Assembly (NCBI GenBank): GCA_016926075.1
Contig: JAFGPG010000069.1
Span: forward strand, 10,313-74,312
Source: Methanomassiliicoccales archaeon
GTDB lineage: Archaea > Thermoplasmatota > Thermoplasmata > Methanomassiliicoccales > UBA472
Length of the DNA stretch: 64,000 nucleotides
Direction of reading: 5' to 3'
Positions 21,001 through 31,379 of this stretch are shown in pieces. The notes under the pieces were generated by a model, which made no database searches, had not been told where the DNA came from, and saw nothing but the letters and a program-made list of their open reading frames with translations. Positions within the stretch are counted from its first letter, which is position 1, and every line of letters starts with the position of its first letter. The position numbers and the translations under genes are program-made.

Positions 21001-21518
21001 AGGAACATCTGGGGCTGGTGCACGTCTACACCGGCGAGGGCAAGGGCAAGACCACCGCCGCCCTGGGCCTCTGCGTCAGGGCCGTCGGTCACGGGTACCG
21101 CGCCCTCATCGTGCAGTTCATGAAGACCGGGGGGACATATGGGGAGAACTTCCTGCGCCTTCCGGGACTGACGGTCGTACCGTCCGGGCACGACTGCCTG
21201 GTCTACTCCAAGGAGATCACCCCGGCCGACCGTGAGAAGGCCGCGGAGGGACTGACCCTGGCAAAGGAGGCCATGTCCCGGGGGGAGATGGACGTGGTGG
21301 TCCTGGACGAGGTCAACGTGGCCATCAAGTTCGGTCTGCTCAAGGTGGGGGAAGTGGCGCAGGCGGTGCGTTCACGGGCACCAGGGGTGGAGGTGGTGCT
21401 CACCGGCCGCGGCGCGCCGCAGGAGCTGCTGGACCTGGCCGATTACGTGACCGAGATGGTGGCGGAAAGGCATCCCTACGAGAAGGGCGTGCTCTCCCGG
21501 CAGGGCGTGGACCGGTGA
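20997..21518 (+). CDS. cobO: Cob(I)yrinic acid a,c-diamide adenosyltransferase
   Basis: VYTGEGKGKTTAALG, VQFMK, LDEV, LTGRGAP, HPY. Confidence 0.93.
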   Translation: MKEHLGLVHVYTGEGKGKTTAALGLCVRAVGHGYRALIVQFMKTGGTYGENFLRLPGLTVVPSGHDCLVYSKEITPADREKAAEGLTLAKEAMSRGEMDVVVLDEVNVAIKFGLLKVGEVAQAVRSRAPGVEVVLTGRGAPQELLDLADYVTEMVAERHPYEKGVLSRQGVDR

Positions 21519-21572
21519 CCGCGGGGGGCATGGGGGCAAGGATTATAGCCTAGCAGGCCCCACCTGATATAT

Positions 21573-21737
21573 ATGGCCGAGAAGGACCCCGAGAAGAACA
21601 AGAAGGAATGCACCTTTTGCGAAGCCTACGACTTTAAGGGCACTTGGACATGCGAATGCGACGCCATCAACCTCTCGCAGGATACCAAGTGCTGGAGATG
21701 CGGACGGTCGCGCTTCGAGGTGGAAGGAAAGGCCTAG
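21573..21737 (+). CDS. 54-aa RanBP2-like zinc-finger microprotein
   Basis: Translated by hand: MAEKDPEKNKKECTFCEAYDFKGTWTCECDAINLSQDTKCWRCGRSRFEVEGKA; TTATA about 30 bp upstream. Confidence 0.7.
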   Translation: MAEKDPEKNKKECTFCEAYDFKGTWTCECDAINLSQDTKCWRCGRSRFEVEGKA

Positions 21738-22000
21738 AACCTCTCTGCCAGCTCCTTCATGTCCAGACGTAGCTGGATGACGTCCCCCACCACCCCGATG
21801 AGGTCGGTGGACACGTTGATGATGACCGGTTTGAACATCTTCTTCTTGATACCCAGCTCGCTGGCCGGTTCCCTAGGCACATCGACCATGATGCTCAGGA
21901 CGGTCCATTTGGTGGGGTCCAGCTTGGCTCCAGCCAACTCCCCCAGCTCGCGGCCGTCCTTGCTGATGACCCTCTTTCTCTCCACGCTGCTCAGTTCCAT
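21734..22000 (-). CDS. PRC-barrel domain protein
   Basis: KRVISKDGRELG, LDPTKWTV, IGVVGDVI typical of archaeal PRC barrels. Confidence 0.75.
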   Translation of the reverse strand: MELSSVERKRVISKDGRELGELAGAKLDPTKWTVLSIMVDVPREPASELGIKKKMFKPVIINVSTDLIGVVGDVIQLRLDMKELAERF

Positions 22001-22048
22001 GTCGGAAGACCCCTCCCGCAATTGTTCAGGGCGGAGATAAGCGTTTGC

Positions 22049-22249
22049 TCATCTGAACAGGACCATGAGCAGGGCCACGATCAGAAATGCCAGGCCGGCC
22101 AGGGTCCAGCTGCCGGTAAGGAGAAGCACTATCAAGGCCACCAGTGTGGCCGGCAGGAACAGGATGAGGCTCCCCACCACCAACAGGAGCACCAATACAC
22201 CTATTCCCACCAGGAGCAGGAAGAGCAGCCAGGCCAATGCAGCGATCAT
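22049..22249 (-). CDS. Small hydrophobic membrane protein
   Basis: 66 aa, almost entirely hydrophobic; GGGGG upstream of the ATG. Confidence 0.6.
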   Translation of the reverse strand: MIAALAWLLFLLLVGIGVLVLLLVVGSLILFLPATLVALIVLLLTGSWTLAGLAFLIVALLMVLFR

Positions 22250-22346
22250 CGAGCCCCCAGGGAAAACAGCTCATTAATCCTTTTCCGTCGATCCCTGCGA
22301 ACGACGCAGAAGGCTTTAATGGCGCGATCGTGGATTAGACCACTTG

Positions 22347-24206
22347 ATGGAAGAGGCCTTGCAGGAACAGTACCGCTCGAAGCTGCTCAGCGCCGAGGAG
22401 GCGGTGCTGAGGATCTCCCCCGGGAGCACGATCTTCCTGGGAACGGCCTGCGGGGAACCGCAGGCTTTAGTGAAGGCCTTGTTGGAGAAATCCTATGCCA
22501 TGGTGGACAGCGAGCTCATCCAGGCCATCTCGCTCGGCCTCACTTTCTATGCCGAGGAGAGGTTCATGGACCAGTTCCGCCTCAACGCCTTCTTCATCGG
22601 GCCCAACGTGCGCAACGCGGTCAACGAAGGACGCGCGGACTACACCCCGGTCAACCTCTCGGACATCGAACGCCTCTTCTCCAGTGGTCTCAAGCCAGTG
22701 GACGTGGCCCTCATACAGGTCTCCCCTCCGGACCAGGAAGGGTACTGCAACCTGGGGGTGTCGGTGGACATCACCATGTCCGCGGCCAGGCACGCCGACC
22801 TGGTCATCGCGGAGGTCAACCCTAACATGCCCCGGCTGGGCGGGGACAGCCGGCTGCATATCAGGGAGATAGATCATCTGGTGGAGAACGACCAGCCCCT
22901 GCTGGAGTTCACCGGGGAGGACGAGTCGTCCCGGGTGGTCCCCCGCATCGGCAAGAACGTGGCCGAGCTGGTGCCGGACGGAGCGACCATACAGGTGGGT
23001 TACGGAAACGTGCCGGACACCATTCTCACCAGCCTCTCACAAAAGAAGGACCTGGGGGTGCACACCGAGATGTTCTCTGATGGCATCATCGAACTGGTGG
23101 AGAAGGGCGTCATCAACGGCAGGAAGAAGACCCACCATCTCGGCAAGGTGGTGGCCTCCTTCTGCATGGGCAGCAAGCGCCTCTTCGATTTCATCGACGG
23201 CCATGAGATGTTCGAGATGTATCCATCCTCCTATACCAACGACCCCTGCAACATCTCCCGGAACGATGGCATGGTGGCCATCAACTCCGCTCTGGAGGTG
23301 GACCTCACAGGCCAGGTGTGCACCGACCAGATCGGGCAGCGCTTCTATTCGGGCATCGGGGGGCAGGCGGACTTCATGCGCGGGGCGGCCCGTTCCAAGG
23401 GCGGCAAGGCCATCATCGCTTTGCCCTCAACAGCCCATCATCATACCATCTCCCGGATCGTCCCCACCCTATCCTCCGGGGGCGGGGTGACCACCACCAG
23501 GGGGGACGTGCAGTTCGTGGTCACCGAGTACGGGGTGGCCGACCTGCGCGGGAAGAGCATCATGGAAAGGACCCTGGCCCTCATCGGCATCGCCCATCCC
23601 CGCTTCCGCTCCGAGCTGCTCATGCACGCCAAGTCCCTGCACTTCGTCTACCAGGACCAGCTGGAGGCCGGCTACGTGGGCGTGTACCCCGAGAAATGGG
23701 AGTTCGTGCGGGTGGTGGCGGACCACGAGCTGTTCTTCCGTCCGGCCAAGCCCACCGACGAGGGGATGCTCAAGGACATGTTCTACTCCCTGTCCTGGGA
23801 CACGGTGTACAACCGGTTCATGGGGCTCAAGCGCAGTATGCCGCACCGCGAGCTGCAGCGCATCGTGAACATCGACTACGACACACGCATGACCATATGC
23901 GGCTTCAACAACGAGGACGGTGTGTGGTCCATGGTTGCCTTCGCCATGTACGATATGGACAAGCAGAGCAACACCGCCGAGATCTCCTTCGCGGTCAGTG
24001 ACGAGTGGCAGAACAAGCGCATCGGCACCCTTCTCATGGAGACCATGATCGAGATCGCCCGCGAGCGCAAGATCAGGGCCTTCACCGCCGAGCTGCTGAC
24101 CGAGAACATGCGCATGCTGGACCTCTTCTACCGTACCGGGCTCAAGGTGGAGACCAGGCTGGTGGGGGACACCTATCTGGTGACCATCGACCTATGGACC
24201 AAGTGA
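22347..24206 (+). CDS. Acetyl-CoA hydrolase/CoA-transferase fused to a C-terminal GNAT acetyltransferase
   Basis: HTEMFSDG (catalytic Glu), SGIGGQADF, VTEYGVADL; C-terminal AEISFAVSDEWQNKRIGT acetyl-CoA-binding motif. Confidence 0.9.
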   Translation: MEEALQEQYRSKLLSAEEAVLRISPGSTIFLGTACGEPQALVKALLEKSYAMVDSELIQAISLGLTFYAEERFMDQFRLNAFFIGPNVRNAVNEGRADYTPVNLSDIERLFSSGLKPVDVALIQVSPPDQEGYCNLGVSVDITMSAARHADLVIAEVNPNMPRLGGDSRLHIREIDHLVENDQPLLEFTGEDESSRVVPRIGKNVAELVPDGATIQVGYGNVPDTILTSLSQKKDLGVHTEMFSDGIIELVEKGVINGRKKTHHLGKVVASFCMGSKRLFDFIDGHEMFEMYPSSYTNDPCNISRNDGMVAINSALEVDLTGQVCTDQIGQRFYSGIGGQADFMRGAARSKGGKAIIALPSTAHHHTISRIVPTLSSGGGVTTTRGDVQFVVTEYGVADLRGKSIMERTLALIGIAHPRFRSELLMHAKSLHFVYQDQLEAGYVGVYPEKWEFVRVVADHELFFRPAKPTDEGMLKDMFYSLSWDTVYNRFMGLKRSMPHRELQRIVNIDYDTRMTICGFNNEDGVWSMVAFAMYDMDKQSNTAEISFAVSDEWQNKRIGTLLMETMIEIARERKIRAFTAELLTENMRMLDLFYRTGLKVETRLVGDTYLVTIDLWTK

Positions 24207-24914
24207 ACCGCAGTCCGGGCACTCCGGGTTCCTGACGAAACGCACCTCGCTGACCTGGTCGTGGCGCAGGTCCAGGAAGAGCGCGTGCCCGTCGGCCTCC
24301 CCCATATCCAGCAACAGCTTGATGGCCTCCATGGCCTGCAGGGCACCGATGACCCCGGCCGCGGCGCCGATGACCGGCACAGGCCTTCTGCTGCTCACCA
24401 GGTCGGGGAAGGCGCAGCGCAGGCATGGCCCCCCTGGCACCAAGGTTAGCACGTGCCCGCCCATGCCCTCCACCGCCCCGTGCACCAGAGGGATGCGCCT
24501 AGCGAGGCAATGCCGGTTGAGGGCGTAGCGGCCCTGAGGGTTGTCCAGGCAGTCCAGGGCCAGGTCGGCGTCCTCCAGTATGTAGGAGTTATCATCCTCC
24601 AACAGCATGGGCAGGGCCTCCACACGCACCTCGGAGTTGAGCGCCTTCAGCTTGATGCGGGCCGATTCCACCTTGAAGCGGGGCAACAGGGCATCCTCCT
24701 CGTAATGCAGCACCTGACGGTTGAGGTTGGAGGCCTCCACCCTCCCGTCGTCAATGAGGATGAGCTTGCCCACCCCCGCCGCGGCCAGGTACTGGCAGGC
24801 CGGGGAGCCCAACCCCCCAATGCCCACCACGGCCACCGTGGACCGGCAGAGGCGTTCCTGGGCCGAGACCCCGAAACCCTCCATGGAAATCTGACGCGCG
24901 TAACGGTCCCTCAT
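24192..24914 (-). CDS. ThiF/MoeB/HesA family adenylyltransferase (E1-like)
   Basis: RYARQI, VGIGGLGS, SNLNRQ, CLRC and CPDC zinc ligands; start set at ATG 24914. Confidence 0.9.
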   Translation of the reverse strand: MRDRYARQISMEGFGVSAQERLCRSTVAVVGIGGLGSPACQYLAAAGVGKLILIDDGRVEASNLNRQVLHYEEDALLPRFKVESARIKLKALNSEVRVEALPMLLEDDNSYILEDADLALDCLDNPQGRYALNRHCLARRIPLVHGAVEGMGGHVLTLVPGGPCLRCAFPDLVSSRRPVPVIGAAAGVIGALQAMEAIKLLLDMGEADGHALFLDLRHDQVSEVRFVRNPECPDCGSLGP

Positions 24915-25023
24915 GGCGGGCCTAGATGACCCTATGCCGTTATAATCGATTCCCAGGGCTCCCCGCGCACGCCGCATGTTTATTATTGGTCTCGATAATC
25001 CCCCTTTTCAGGGGGGACGCGAG

Positions 25024-25941
25024 GTGGAGACCGTCATCGAGGTCAAGGGCCTGGTCAAGGAATACGGAAAGCTGAGGGCGGTGGACAACATCGACCTGGA
25101 GGTCAAGGCCGGGGAGGTATACTCCATACTGGGCCCCAACGGGGCGGGGAAGACCACCTCCGTGGAGATCATGGAGTGCCTGAGGATCAAGACCTCCGGG
25201 GAGGTGCGCATCCTGGGTTACGACATAGACAAGGAACAGAGGGAGATACGCAAACGCATCGGCGTGCTTCCGCAGTCCTTCAATGCCTTCGAGTATCTGA
25301 CGGTGAAGGAGAACATCGACTATTTCGGCGACCTGTTCGACCGTCGTCTGGGCGCGGACGAGCTCATCGAGGCCGTGCAGCTGCAGGAAAAGCGCAACGT
25401 ATGGTTCATGAACCTTTCCGGAGGACTGAAGCAGAGGGTGGGGGTGGCCATCTCCATGGTCAACGACCCCGAGCTCATCTTCCTGGACGAGCCGACCACG
25501 GAACTGGACCCCAAGGCCCGCCGGGAGGTGTGGGAGGTCATACGCGACCTCAAGTCCAAGAACAAGACGGTCATCCTGACCACGCACTACATGGAGGAGG
25601 CCGAGATCCTCTCCGACCGGGTGGCCATCATGGACGACGGGCGCTTCATCGCCATGGGCACCCCGCGTGAGATCATCGACCGGCACGGCTCGGGCAGCAC
25701 CTGCGTGGTCAAGGCGGCCAACGATGCCGCCCTTCAGGCGGTGAAGGGGGCGGGCATGGACAGCGAGAACAAGGACGGCGACCTCTGGGTGAGGCTGGAG
25801 AACAAGGGGAGCCTGGCACGGCTGGTCAACCTGCTCTCGGCCGGAGAGGTCTCCTACGACGAGATGCTCATCAAGGGGAGCACCCTGGAGGACGTGTTCC
25901 TCAAGCTCACGGGGAAGAAGCTCGCGGAGGCGGAGGCATGA
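25024..25941 (+). CDS. ABC-2 type exporter ATP-binding protein
   Basis: GPNGAGKT, LSGGLKQR, FLDEPT, LTTHYMEEA. Confidence 0.93.
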   Translation: METVIEVKGLVKEYGKLRAVDNIDLEVKAGEVYSILGPNGAGKTTSVEIMECLRIKTSGEVRILGYDIDKEQREIRKRIGVLPQSFNAFEYLTVKENIDYFGDLFDRRLGADELIEAVQLQEKRNVWFMNLSGGLKQRVGVAISMVNDPELIFLDEPTTELDPKARREVWEVIRDLKSKNKTVILTTHYMEEAEILSDRVAIMDDGRFIAMGTPREIIDRHGSGSTCVVKAANDAALQAVKGAGMDSENKDGDLWVRLENKGSLARLVNLLSAGEVSYDEMLIKGSTLEDVFLKLTGKKLAEAEA

Positions 25942-27035
25942 GGTTCAAGCACGTCCTGGTGGACCTCAAGGGGCAGGCCAAGTCCTTCTTCCGGGTCAAG
26001 AGCAACCTGTTCTGGACGCTGGCGTTCCCGCTCTTCCTCATCCTGGTGTTCGGGGCCATCTTCTCCAACATGGGGTCGGGAACGGTGATACTCAACGTGC
26101 AGAACCTGGACGGGGGTCCCGGTTCCACGCTCTTCCTGCAGTCCCTCGACGAGACCGGGGCCATCGAGCTCAGGTTCATCGATCCCCAGGCGGACCTGGA
26201 GCAACACATAAAGGACAACTCCCTGGCTCACGTGATGGTCCTGCCCCCGAACTTTTCGGAGGCATTCGTCCCGAACAGCACCGCCACGGCGCAGGTGGAA
26301 CTAAGGCTGGACGAGACCGTGTCCACCTCGTCCATAGTCCGCAACATCGTCAACGCGGTCGTGAACAACTATAACCTGGCCATGTCCGACGGGCGCGAGT
26401 ATCTCGAACTGGAGGTCGGCAGCATCATCCAGAAGCGCTTCACCTTCCTGGACTTCTTCGTACCCGGGGTCGTCGGCCTGACGGTCATGACCACCTGCGT
26501 GTTCTCCATGCAAGGCACCATATCGCGCTTCCGAGCGGCGGGGATATTCCGCAAGCTGGCAACCACGCCGATGACCCCCTTTGAATGGCTGCTTTCCCGC
26601 ATGATCTGGTTCCTGTTCATCTCCTTCCTAACCCTGGCCGTGGTCCTGGTGTTCGGCATACTGGTCTTCGGCATGAGCATGACCCTCAACGCCCCGGCCC
26701 TGCTCATGGTGATCGCCGCAAGCGCCATGTTCTCGGCACTGGGCATGATAATCGCCCGCTTCGTCAAGAACGAGGAGACGGCGAACATGGCCTCCAACGC
26801 CATCATCTTCCCCATGATGTTCCTCTCCGGGACCTTCTTCGAGCTGGAGATGATGCCCGGTTACATGCAGGACATCGCCTCTGTACTCCCCTTGACCTAC
26901 GTGAGCCAGGGGCTCAGGGACGCCATGGTGTTCAATAACTTGGACGGGGCCTACCTCAACCTTTTGGTGGTGGCCGTGATCGCCGTCATCTTCGTGGCCG
27001 TGGCCGTGCTGGTCACCAAGTGGGAGGAGGATTGA
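25938..27035 (+). CDS. ABC-2 type exporter permease
   Basis: N-terminal TM, extracellular domain, five C-terminal TMs, FLSGTFF, LPLTY; translationally coupled to the ATPase. Confidence 0.9.
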   Translation: MRFKHVLVDLKGQAKSFFRVKSNLFWTLAFPLFLILVFGAIFSNMGSGTVILNVQNLDGGPGSTLFLQSLDETGAIELRFIDPQADLEQHIKDNSLAHVMVLPPNFSEAFVPNSTATAQVELRLDETVSTSSIVRNIVNAVVNNYNLAMSDGREYLELEVGSIIQKRFTFLDFFVPGVVGLTVMTTCVFSMQGTISRFRAAGIFRKLATTPMTPFEWLLSRMIWFLFISFLTLAVVLVFGILVFGMSMTLNAPALLMVIAASAMFSALGMIIARFVKNEETANMASNAIIFPMMFLSGTFFELEMMPGYMQDIASVLPLTYVSQGLRDAMVFNNLDGAYLNLLVVAVIAVIFVAVAVLVTKWEED

Positions 27036-27084
27036 AAAAAAGGCGCACGGTTAAATAACCCGGTGCGTCTTTCCAGGCGATCAC

Positions 27085-28575
27085 GTGCTCGGCAGAAAAT
27101 CATTCATCCTGTTCCTGTCGAAGATGCTCTCCGCAGCCCTGGCCTACATAGGGCTTTACTTCATCACCAGGTACCTGGGCGCCGAGATCTACGGTACAGT
27201 GGCCTGGACCATGGCCTTCGTGGCCACCTTCAACGCCGTGGCCGACCTAGGCTTCGGAAGCGCCCATGTCAAGCGCATATCGGAAGGATGCGATCCGAAC
27301 GAATGCATAAGCACCTATGCAGTGGTAAAACTGGCCCTGACCGGGATCATGGTGCTTTTCACCCTTTCTTCGGTCCTCATCTGGACCTCCGTGCTGGGAT
27401 ACACCCTGGAGGACACAAGTACGGAACTGATCATTCTCTTTGTACTGTACCAGGTGCTCTATGACGTTTCGACCATAGCTACCACCACCTTCCAGGCTAA
27501 GATGGAAATGGCCAAGATGCCCCTGGTGACATTGATCGACCCTTTTGTCCGGGTGCCCCTGGTCATATTCGTCTCTATAAATTATTTGGGAGTAATGGAA
27601 CTAGCATACGCTTACGTCATTGGGGCGTTGTTCGTTGCCACGTTCGGTACATTCCTACTTTTACGAGGCAAGGTGCGATGGCAACGTCCTGTGCTCTTCC
27701 GCTCCTATCTCACATTCGCCCTTCCCTTAATGGTCATCACCATCATCAGCACGATGAGCGGCAATGTGGATAAGCTTCTGATCGGATTCTTCTGGACCTC
27801 CACGGACGTCGGTCTCTACACCGCCCCGGCGGTGTTCCTGGGAGTTATGGCCACCATCAGCACGGCGGTCTCCACCCTGACCTTCCCTTCCTTTTCCAAA
27901 CTACACGCCGAGGGTAACATAGCCGAGATAAGGAAGATGTCCATGCAGGCAGAGCGGTACATCACTATGATCGGTTTGCCGATCACGTTGCTGATTATCA
28001 TATTCCCATACGAGGTCTGTCTGGTCCTTTTAGGTCCACGTTTCATTGACTCCGGAGACGTCATCGCCATCATGGCGGTGACCAATCTGCTGGTCATGAT
28101 CAATGCCGTGCACTGCTCGCAGATATTGGCCGTCGGCCGTCCCGATATTTCGGCCCGCATCACCATCTTCACGGTGGCATTGAATATTATCATGATGTTG
28201 CTATTCATACCAAACTTCGGTCTAGGGCTCTCGTTCGTAGGGGCGGCCTTGGCACTGATGATCGGTAACATAGTAGGGTTCATCATTGTCCGTTACGTGG
28301 TCTGGAGGCTCACAGGCACATCCCCGTACAAACGTCTTTCATTGCAGCTAGTGGCAGGTCTGTTTGCGGCGCTCACGATGTTCGCACTGGGCATGTTCAT
28401 AAGCATAGACCGGTGGTACACATTGATGCTGTTCGGACTGTTGGCTTTCGGAGTGTACTTAGGTGTGCTCGCTATAATGAGGGAGTTCACCCGGGCCGAC
28501 CTGGCCTACTTCCTTGAACTGGTCAACGTCAAGAAGATGCTGGTGTACATCCGCGACGAGCTAAGGACCAAGTGA
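27085..28575 (+). CDS. Flippase (Wzx/MOP polysaccharide export family)
   Basis: About 14 TMs; ITRYLGAEIYG, ADLG, NVDKLLIG, VGLY, GAALA. Confidence 0.88.
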   Translation: MLGRKSFILFLSKMLSAALAYIGLYFITRYLGAEIYGTVAWTMAFVATFNAVADLGFGSAHVKRISEGCDPNECISTYAVVKLALTGIMVLFTLSSVLIWTSVLGYTLEDTSTELIILFVLYQVLYDVSTIATTTFQAKMEMAKMPLVTLIDPFVRVPLVIFVSINYLGVMELAYAYVIGALFVATFGTFLLLRGKVRWQRPVLFRSYLTFALPLMVITIISTMSGNVDKLLIGFFWTSTDVGLYTAPAVFLGVMATISTAVSTLTFPSFSKLHAEGNIAEIRKMSMQAERYITMIGLPITLLIIIFPYEVCLVLLGPRFIDSGDVIAIMAVTNLLVMINAVHCSQILAVGRPDISARITIFTVALNIIMMLLFIPNFGLGLSFVGAALALMIGNIVGFIIVRYVVWRLTGTSPYKRLSLQLVAGLFAALTMFALGMFISIDRWYTLMLFGLLAFGVYLGVLAIMREFTRADLAYFLELVNVKKMLVYIRDELRTK

Positions 28576-28608
28576 GAAAAAGAGGAAAATGAAAAGGTTT
28601 TGTAGCGC

Positions 28609-30591
28609 TCATCTCTTGGCCAAGGCCTGACTTCCCTGGATGAGGATGTCCAGTATGCCGGGATCGGCCAGGGTGGTGGTGTCGCCCAGGTCCTCCGCGC
28701 TGCCGGTGGCCACCTTCCTCAGCAGGCGGCGCATGATCTTGCCGCTGCGTGTCTTGGGCATGCCAGGGCAGAACTGGATGACCTCCGGGGTGGCGATGGG
28801 CCCCACCTCCCGGCGCACGTGGGACACCAGCTCCTTGCGCAACTGCTCGCTCTCCTCCACCCCCGTCTTGAGGGTGACGAAGGCGTAGATGGCCTCGCCC
28901 TTGATGGGGTGCGGGACGGGCACTATGGCCGCCTCGGCCACGCTGTGATGGGAGACCAGGGCGCTCTCCACCTCCGCCGCTCCGATGCGGTGCCCGGAGA
29001 CCTTGATGACATCGTCCACCCGGCCCATGATCCAGAAGTAGCCGTCCTCGTCCATGCGGGCCGAGTCCCCGGTGAAGTACTTGTTCGGGAATCGCGTCCA
29101 GTAGAGCTCCCTGAACCGGTCATGCTCCCCCCACACCGTGCGCATGATGGACGGCCACGGCCTGTTGATGCACAGGTAGCCGCCCTCGTTGACCTTGGCC
29201 GTGGTGCCATCGTCCTTGACCACCTCCGGGACCACCCCGAAGAAGGGCAGCGTGGCGGAACCGGGCTTGGTGGTGACCGCCCCGGGTATGGGGGTGATGA
29301 GAATGGAGCCGGTCTCCGTCTGCCACCAGGTGTCCATGATGGGGCAGCGCTCGTTACCGATGTACTTATGGTACCACATCCAGGCCTCGGGGTTGATCGG
29401 CTCGCCCACCGTGCCCAGTATGCGCAGCGAGGACAGGTCCCTGCCCTGCGGCCACTTCTCCCCCTCCCTCATCAGGGAGCGTATGGCCGTGGGGGCGGTG
29501 TAGAAGATGTTCACCTGGAACTTCTCCACGATGTTCCAGAAGCGGTCCACCTGCGGGTAGGTGGGGATGCCCTCGAACATGAGGGTCGTGGCACCGGCGC
29601 AGAGCGGTCCGTAGATGATGTAGCTGTGCCCGGTGACCCAGCCGATGTCCGCGGTGCACCAATAGGTGTCGTCCTCGTGGTAGTCGAAGATGTACTTGAA
29701 GGAGACGCAGGTGCTGAGCAGGTATCCGGCGGTGGTATGCACCACCCCCTTGGGCTTCCCGGTGGACCCGGAGGTGTACAGGATGTATAAGGGGTCCTCG
29801 GAATCGCACCACACTGGCTCGCAGGAGCGGTCCGCCTTGGCCATCTCCTCGTGCCACCATACGTCCCTACCGGGCTCCATGGGGCATTCCGCCCCCGCCC
29901 GCTTGACCACCAGCACCTTCTCCACGATGGCCCCCTTCTCCACGGCAATGTCCGCGTTGCTCTTCAAAGGCACGAACTTGCTGCCGCGATGGTTGCCATC
30001 GGCGGTGATGAGCAGCTTGGACTCGCAGTCCGCGATGCGGTCCTTGAGCGATTCGGAGCTGAAGCCCCCGAACACGATGCTGTGCACCGCCCCGATCCTG
30101 GTGCAGGCCAGCATGGCGATCGCGAGCTCCGGTATCATGGGTAGGTAAATGGAGACCCGGTCGCCCTTCTGCACCCCCAGGGAACGGAGCACGTTGGCGC
30201 AGCGGCAGACCTCGGTGTGCAGCTGCTGATAGGTGTAGGTCCTCACATCGTCCTCGCCCTCTCCCTGCCAGATGATGGCGGCCTTGTTCTTGCGGCCGTT
30301 CTCCAGGTGACGGTCCAGACAGTTGTAGGATACGTTGAGCTTACCGCCCTCGAACCATTTGATGATGACGTTCTCCTTGTCCCAGCTGTGCAATCGATGC
30401 CACCTCTCGAACCAGTGCAGCTCCTCGGTGGCCATCCTGGACCAGAACCCTTCCGGGTCATCGATGGACTCCTTGTACATCTTCTGGTACTGTTCCAGGC
30501 TCTTGATGTGGGCCTTCTCGCTCAATTCCTTGGGGGGTGGGAAGCGCCGCGCTTCCTCCATCACGCTCTCGATGGTCTCTCCGTCGCTCAT
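28609..30591 (-). CDS. acs: AMP-forming acetyl-CoA synthetase
   Basis: [44 protein letters not shown]. Confidence 0.97.
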   Translation of the reverse strand: MSDGETIESVMEEARRFPPPKELSEKAHIKSLEQYQKMYKESIDDPEGFWSRMATEELHWFERWHRLHSWDKENVIIKWFEGGKLNVSYNCLDRHLENGRKNKAAIIWQGEGEDDVRTYTYQQLHTEVCRCANVLRSLGVQKGDRVSIYLPMIPELAIAMLACTRIGAVHSIVFGGFSSESLKDRIADCESKLLITADGNHRGSKFVPLKSNADIAVEKGAIVEKVLVVKRAGAECPMEPGRDVWWHEEMAKADRSCEPVWCDSEDPLYILYTSGSTGKPKGVVHTTAGYLLSTCVSFKYIFDYHEDDTYWCTADIGWVTGHSYIIYGPLCAGATTLMFEGIPTYPQVDRFWNIVEKFQVNIFYTAPTAIRSLMREGEKWPQGRDLSSLRILGTVGEPINPEAWMWYHKYIGNERCPIMDTWWQTETGSILITPIPGAVTTKPGSATLPFFGVVPEVVKDDGTTAKVNEGGYLCINRPWPSIMRTVWGEHDRFRELYWTRFPNKYFTGDSARMDEDGYFWIMGRVDDVIKVSGHRIGAAEVESALVSHHSVAEAAIVPVPHPIKGEAIYAFVTLKTGVEESEQLRKELVSHVRREVGPIATPEVIQFCPGMPKTRSGKIMRRLLRKVATGSAEDLGDTTTLADPGILDILIQGSQALAKR

Positions 30592-30754
30592 TCTTCACTT
30601 CCTCCTTGGGCGGGCACGCGTCGGGACCTGCCCGATCGCCAGTTCCACGTCTACGACATGGATGATAAGGATTACGGAAAACGAATAGTACGGACGGGAT
30701 TAATTATAATTTTCTGACATTCTCTACTGATATTGTCGATTTTCCTGCAGAATA

Positions 30755-30792
30755 CGATTCCATTAATATGCATACGATTCTTAATGGAATCG
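30755..30792. repeat. Perfect 12-bp inverted repeat upstream of acs
   Basis: CGATTCCATTAA(30755-30766)-N14-TTAATGGAATCG(30781-30792). Confidence 0.8.
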
Positions 30793-30831
30793 AAGGGAAA
30801 GGAGCTTGGAGGAACGGGTTAGCACCATCTC

Positions 30832-31188
30832 TCAAGCATGGGTCTCACGGAACATCTGACCCAGGTCGATGTCCAGGCAATCGTCGGTGCTGCTCCCGTC
30901 CACCATCTCGATGCGGGCACGGATCCGGTTGCGCTCGAAGGTGATGTTGGCATTGCGCACCATGGACTTGTACATGCTCATACGCTTTCCGGACTGGGTC
31001 AGGCGACGTTCGCTGCAGTGGATCAACCCCGCCTCCTCCAGCACCCTGATCTTGCGATAGCAGGCCGCGATGGGGATGCCCAGGGCGTCGCTCAGCTCGA
31101 AGGCGCTCTTGGGGCGGCCCATGGTGGCCATAAGTATCTTGGCCGTGTATTCCTCGGTCAGCAATCGGGATGTCTGCAATACGTGCAT
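30832..31188 (-). CDS. Winged-helix (ArsR-like) transcriptional regulator
   Basis: PKSAFELSDALGIPIAACYRKIRVLEEAGLI helix-turn-helix. Confidence 0.82.
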   Translation of the reverse strand: MHVLQTSRLLTEEYTAKILMATMGRPKSAFELSDALGIPIAACYRKIRVLEEAGLIHCSERRLTQSGKRMSMYKSMVRNANITFERNRIRARIEMVDGSSTDDCLDIDLGQMFRETHA

Positions 31189-31379
31189 ATTTCCACCATT
31201 GATAACGACTGCCGACCGGTGTATTTATTCCGAACCATCTGAGAATCACTTTTGATTCCTGATAATCAGCGAGGGCCAGTATCCTTATCTCCCGAGATTC
31301 CGACCCCTCAACCTATCCTTTCCGGTAATCCCATCCCTCCCCATGTCGCCAAGGGGGACCGCTTAACGGGACATGCCCC

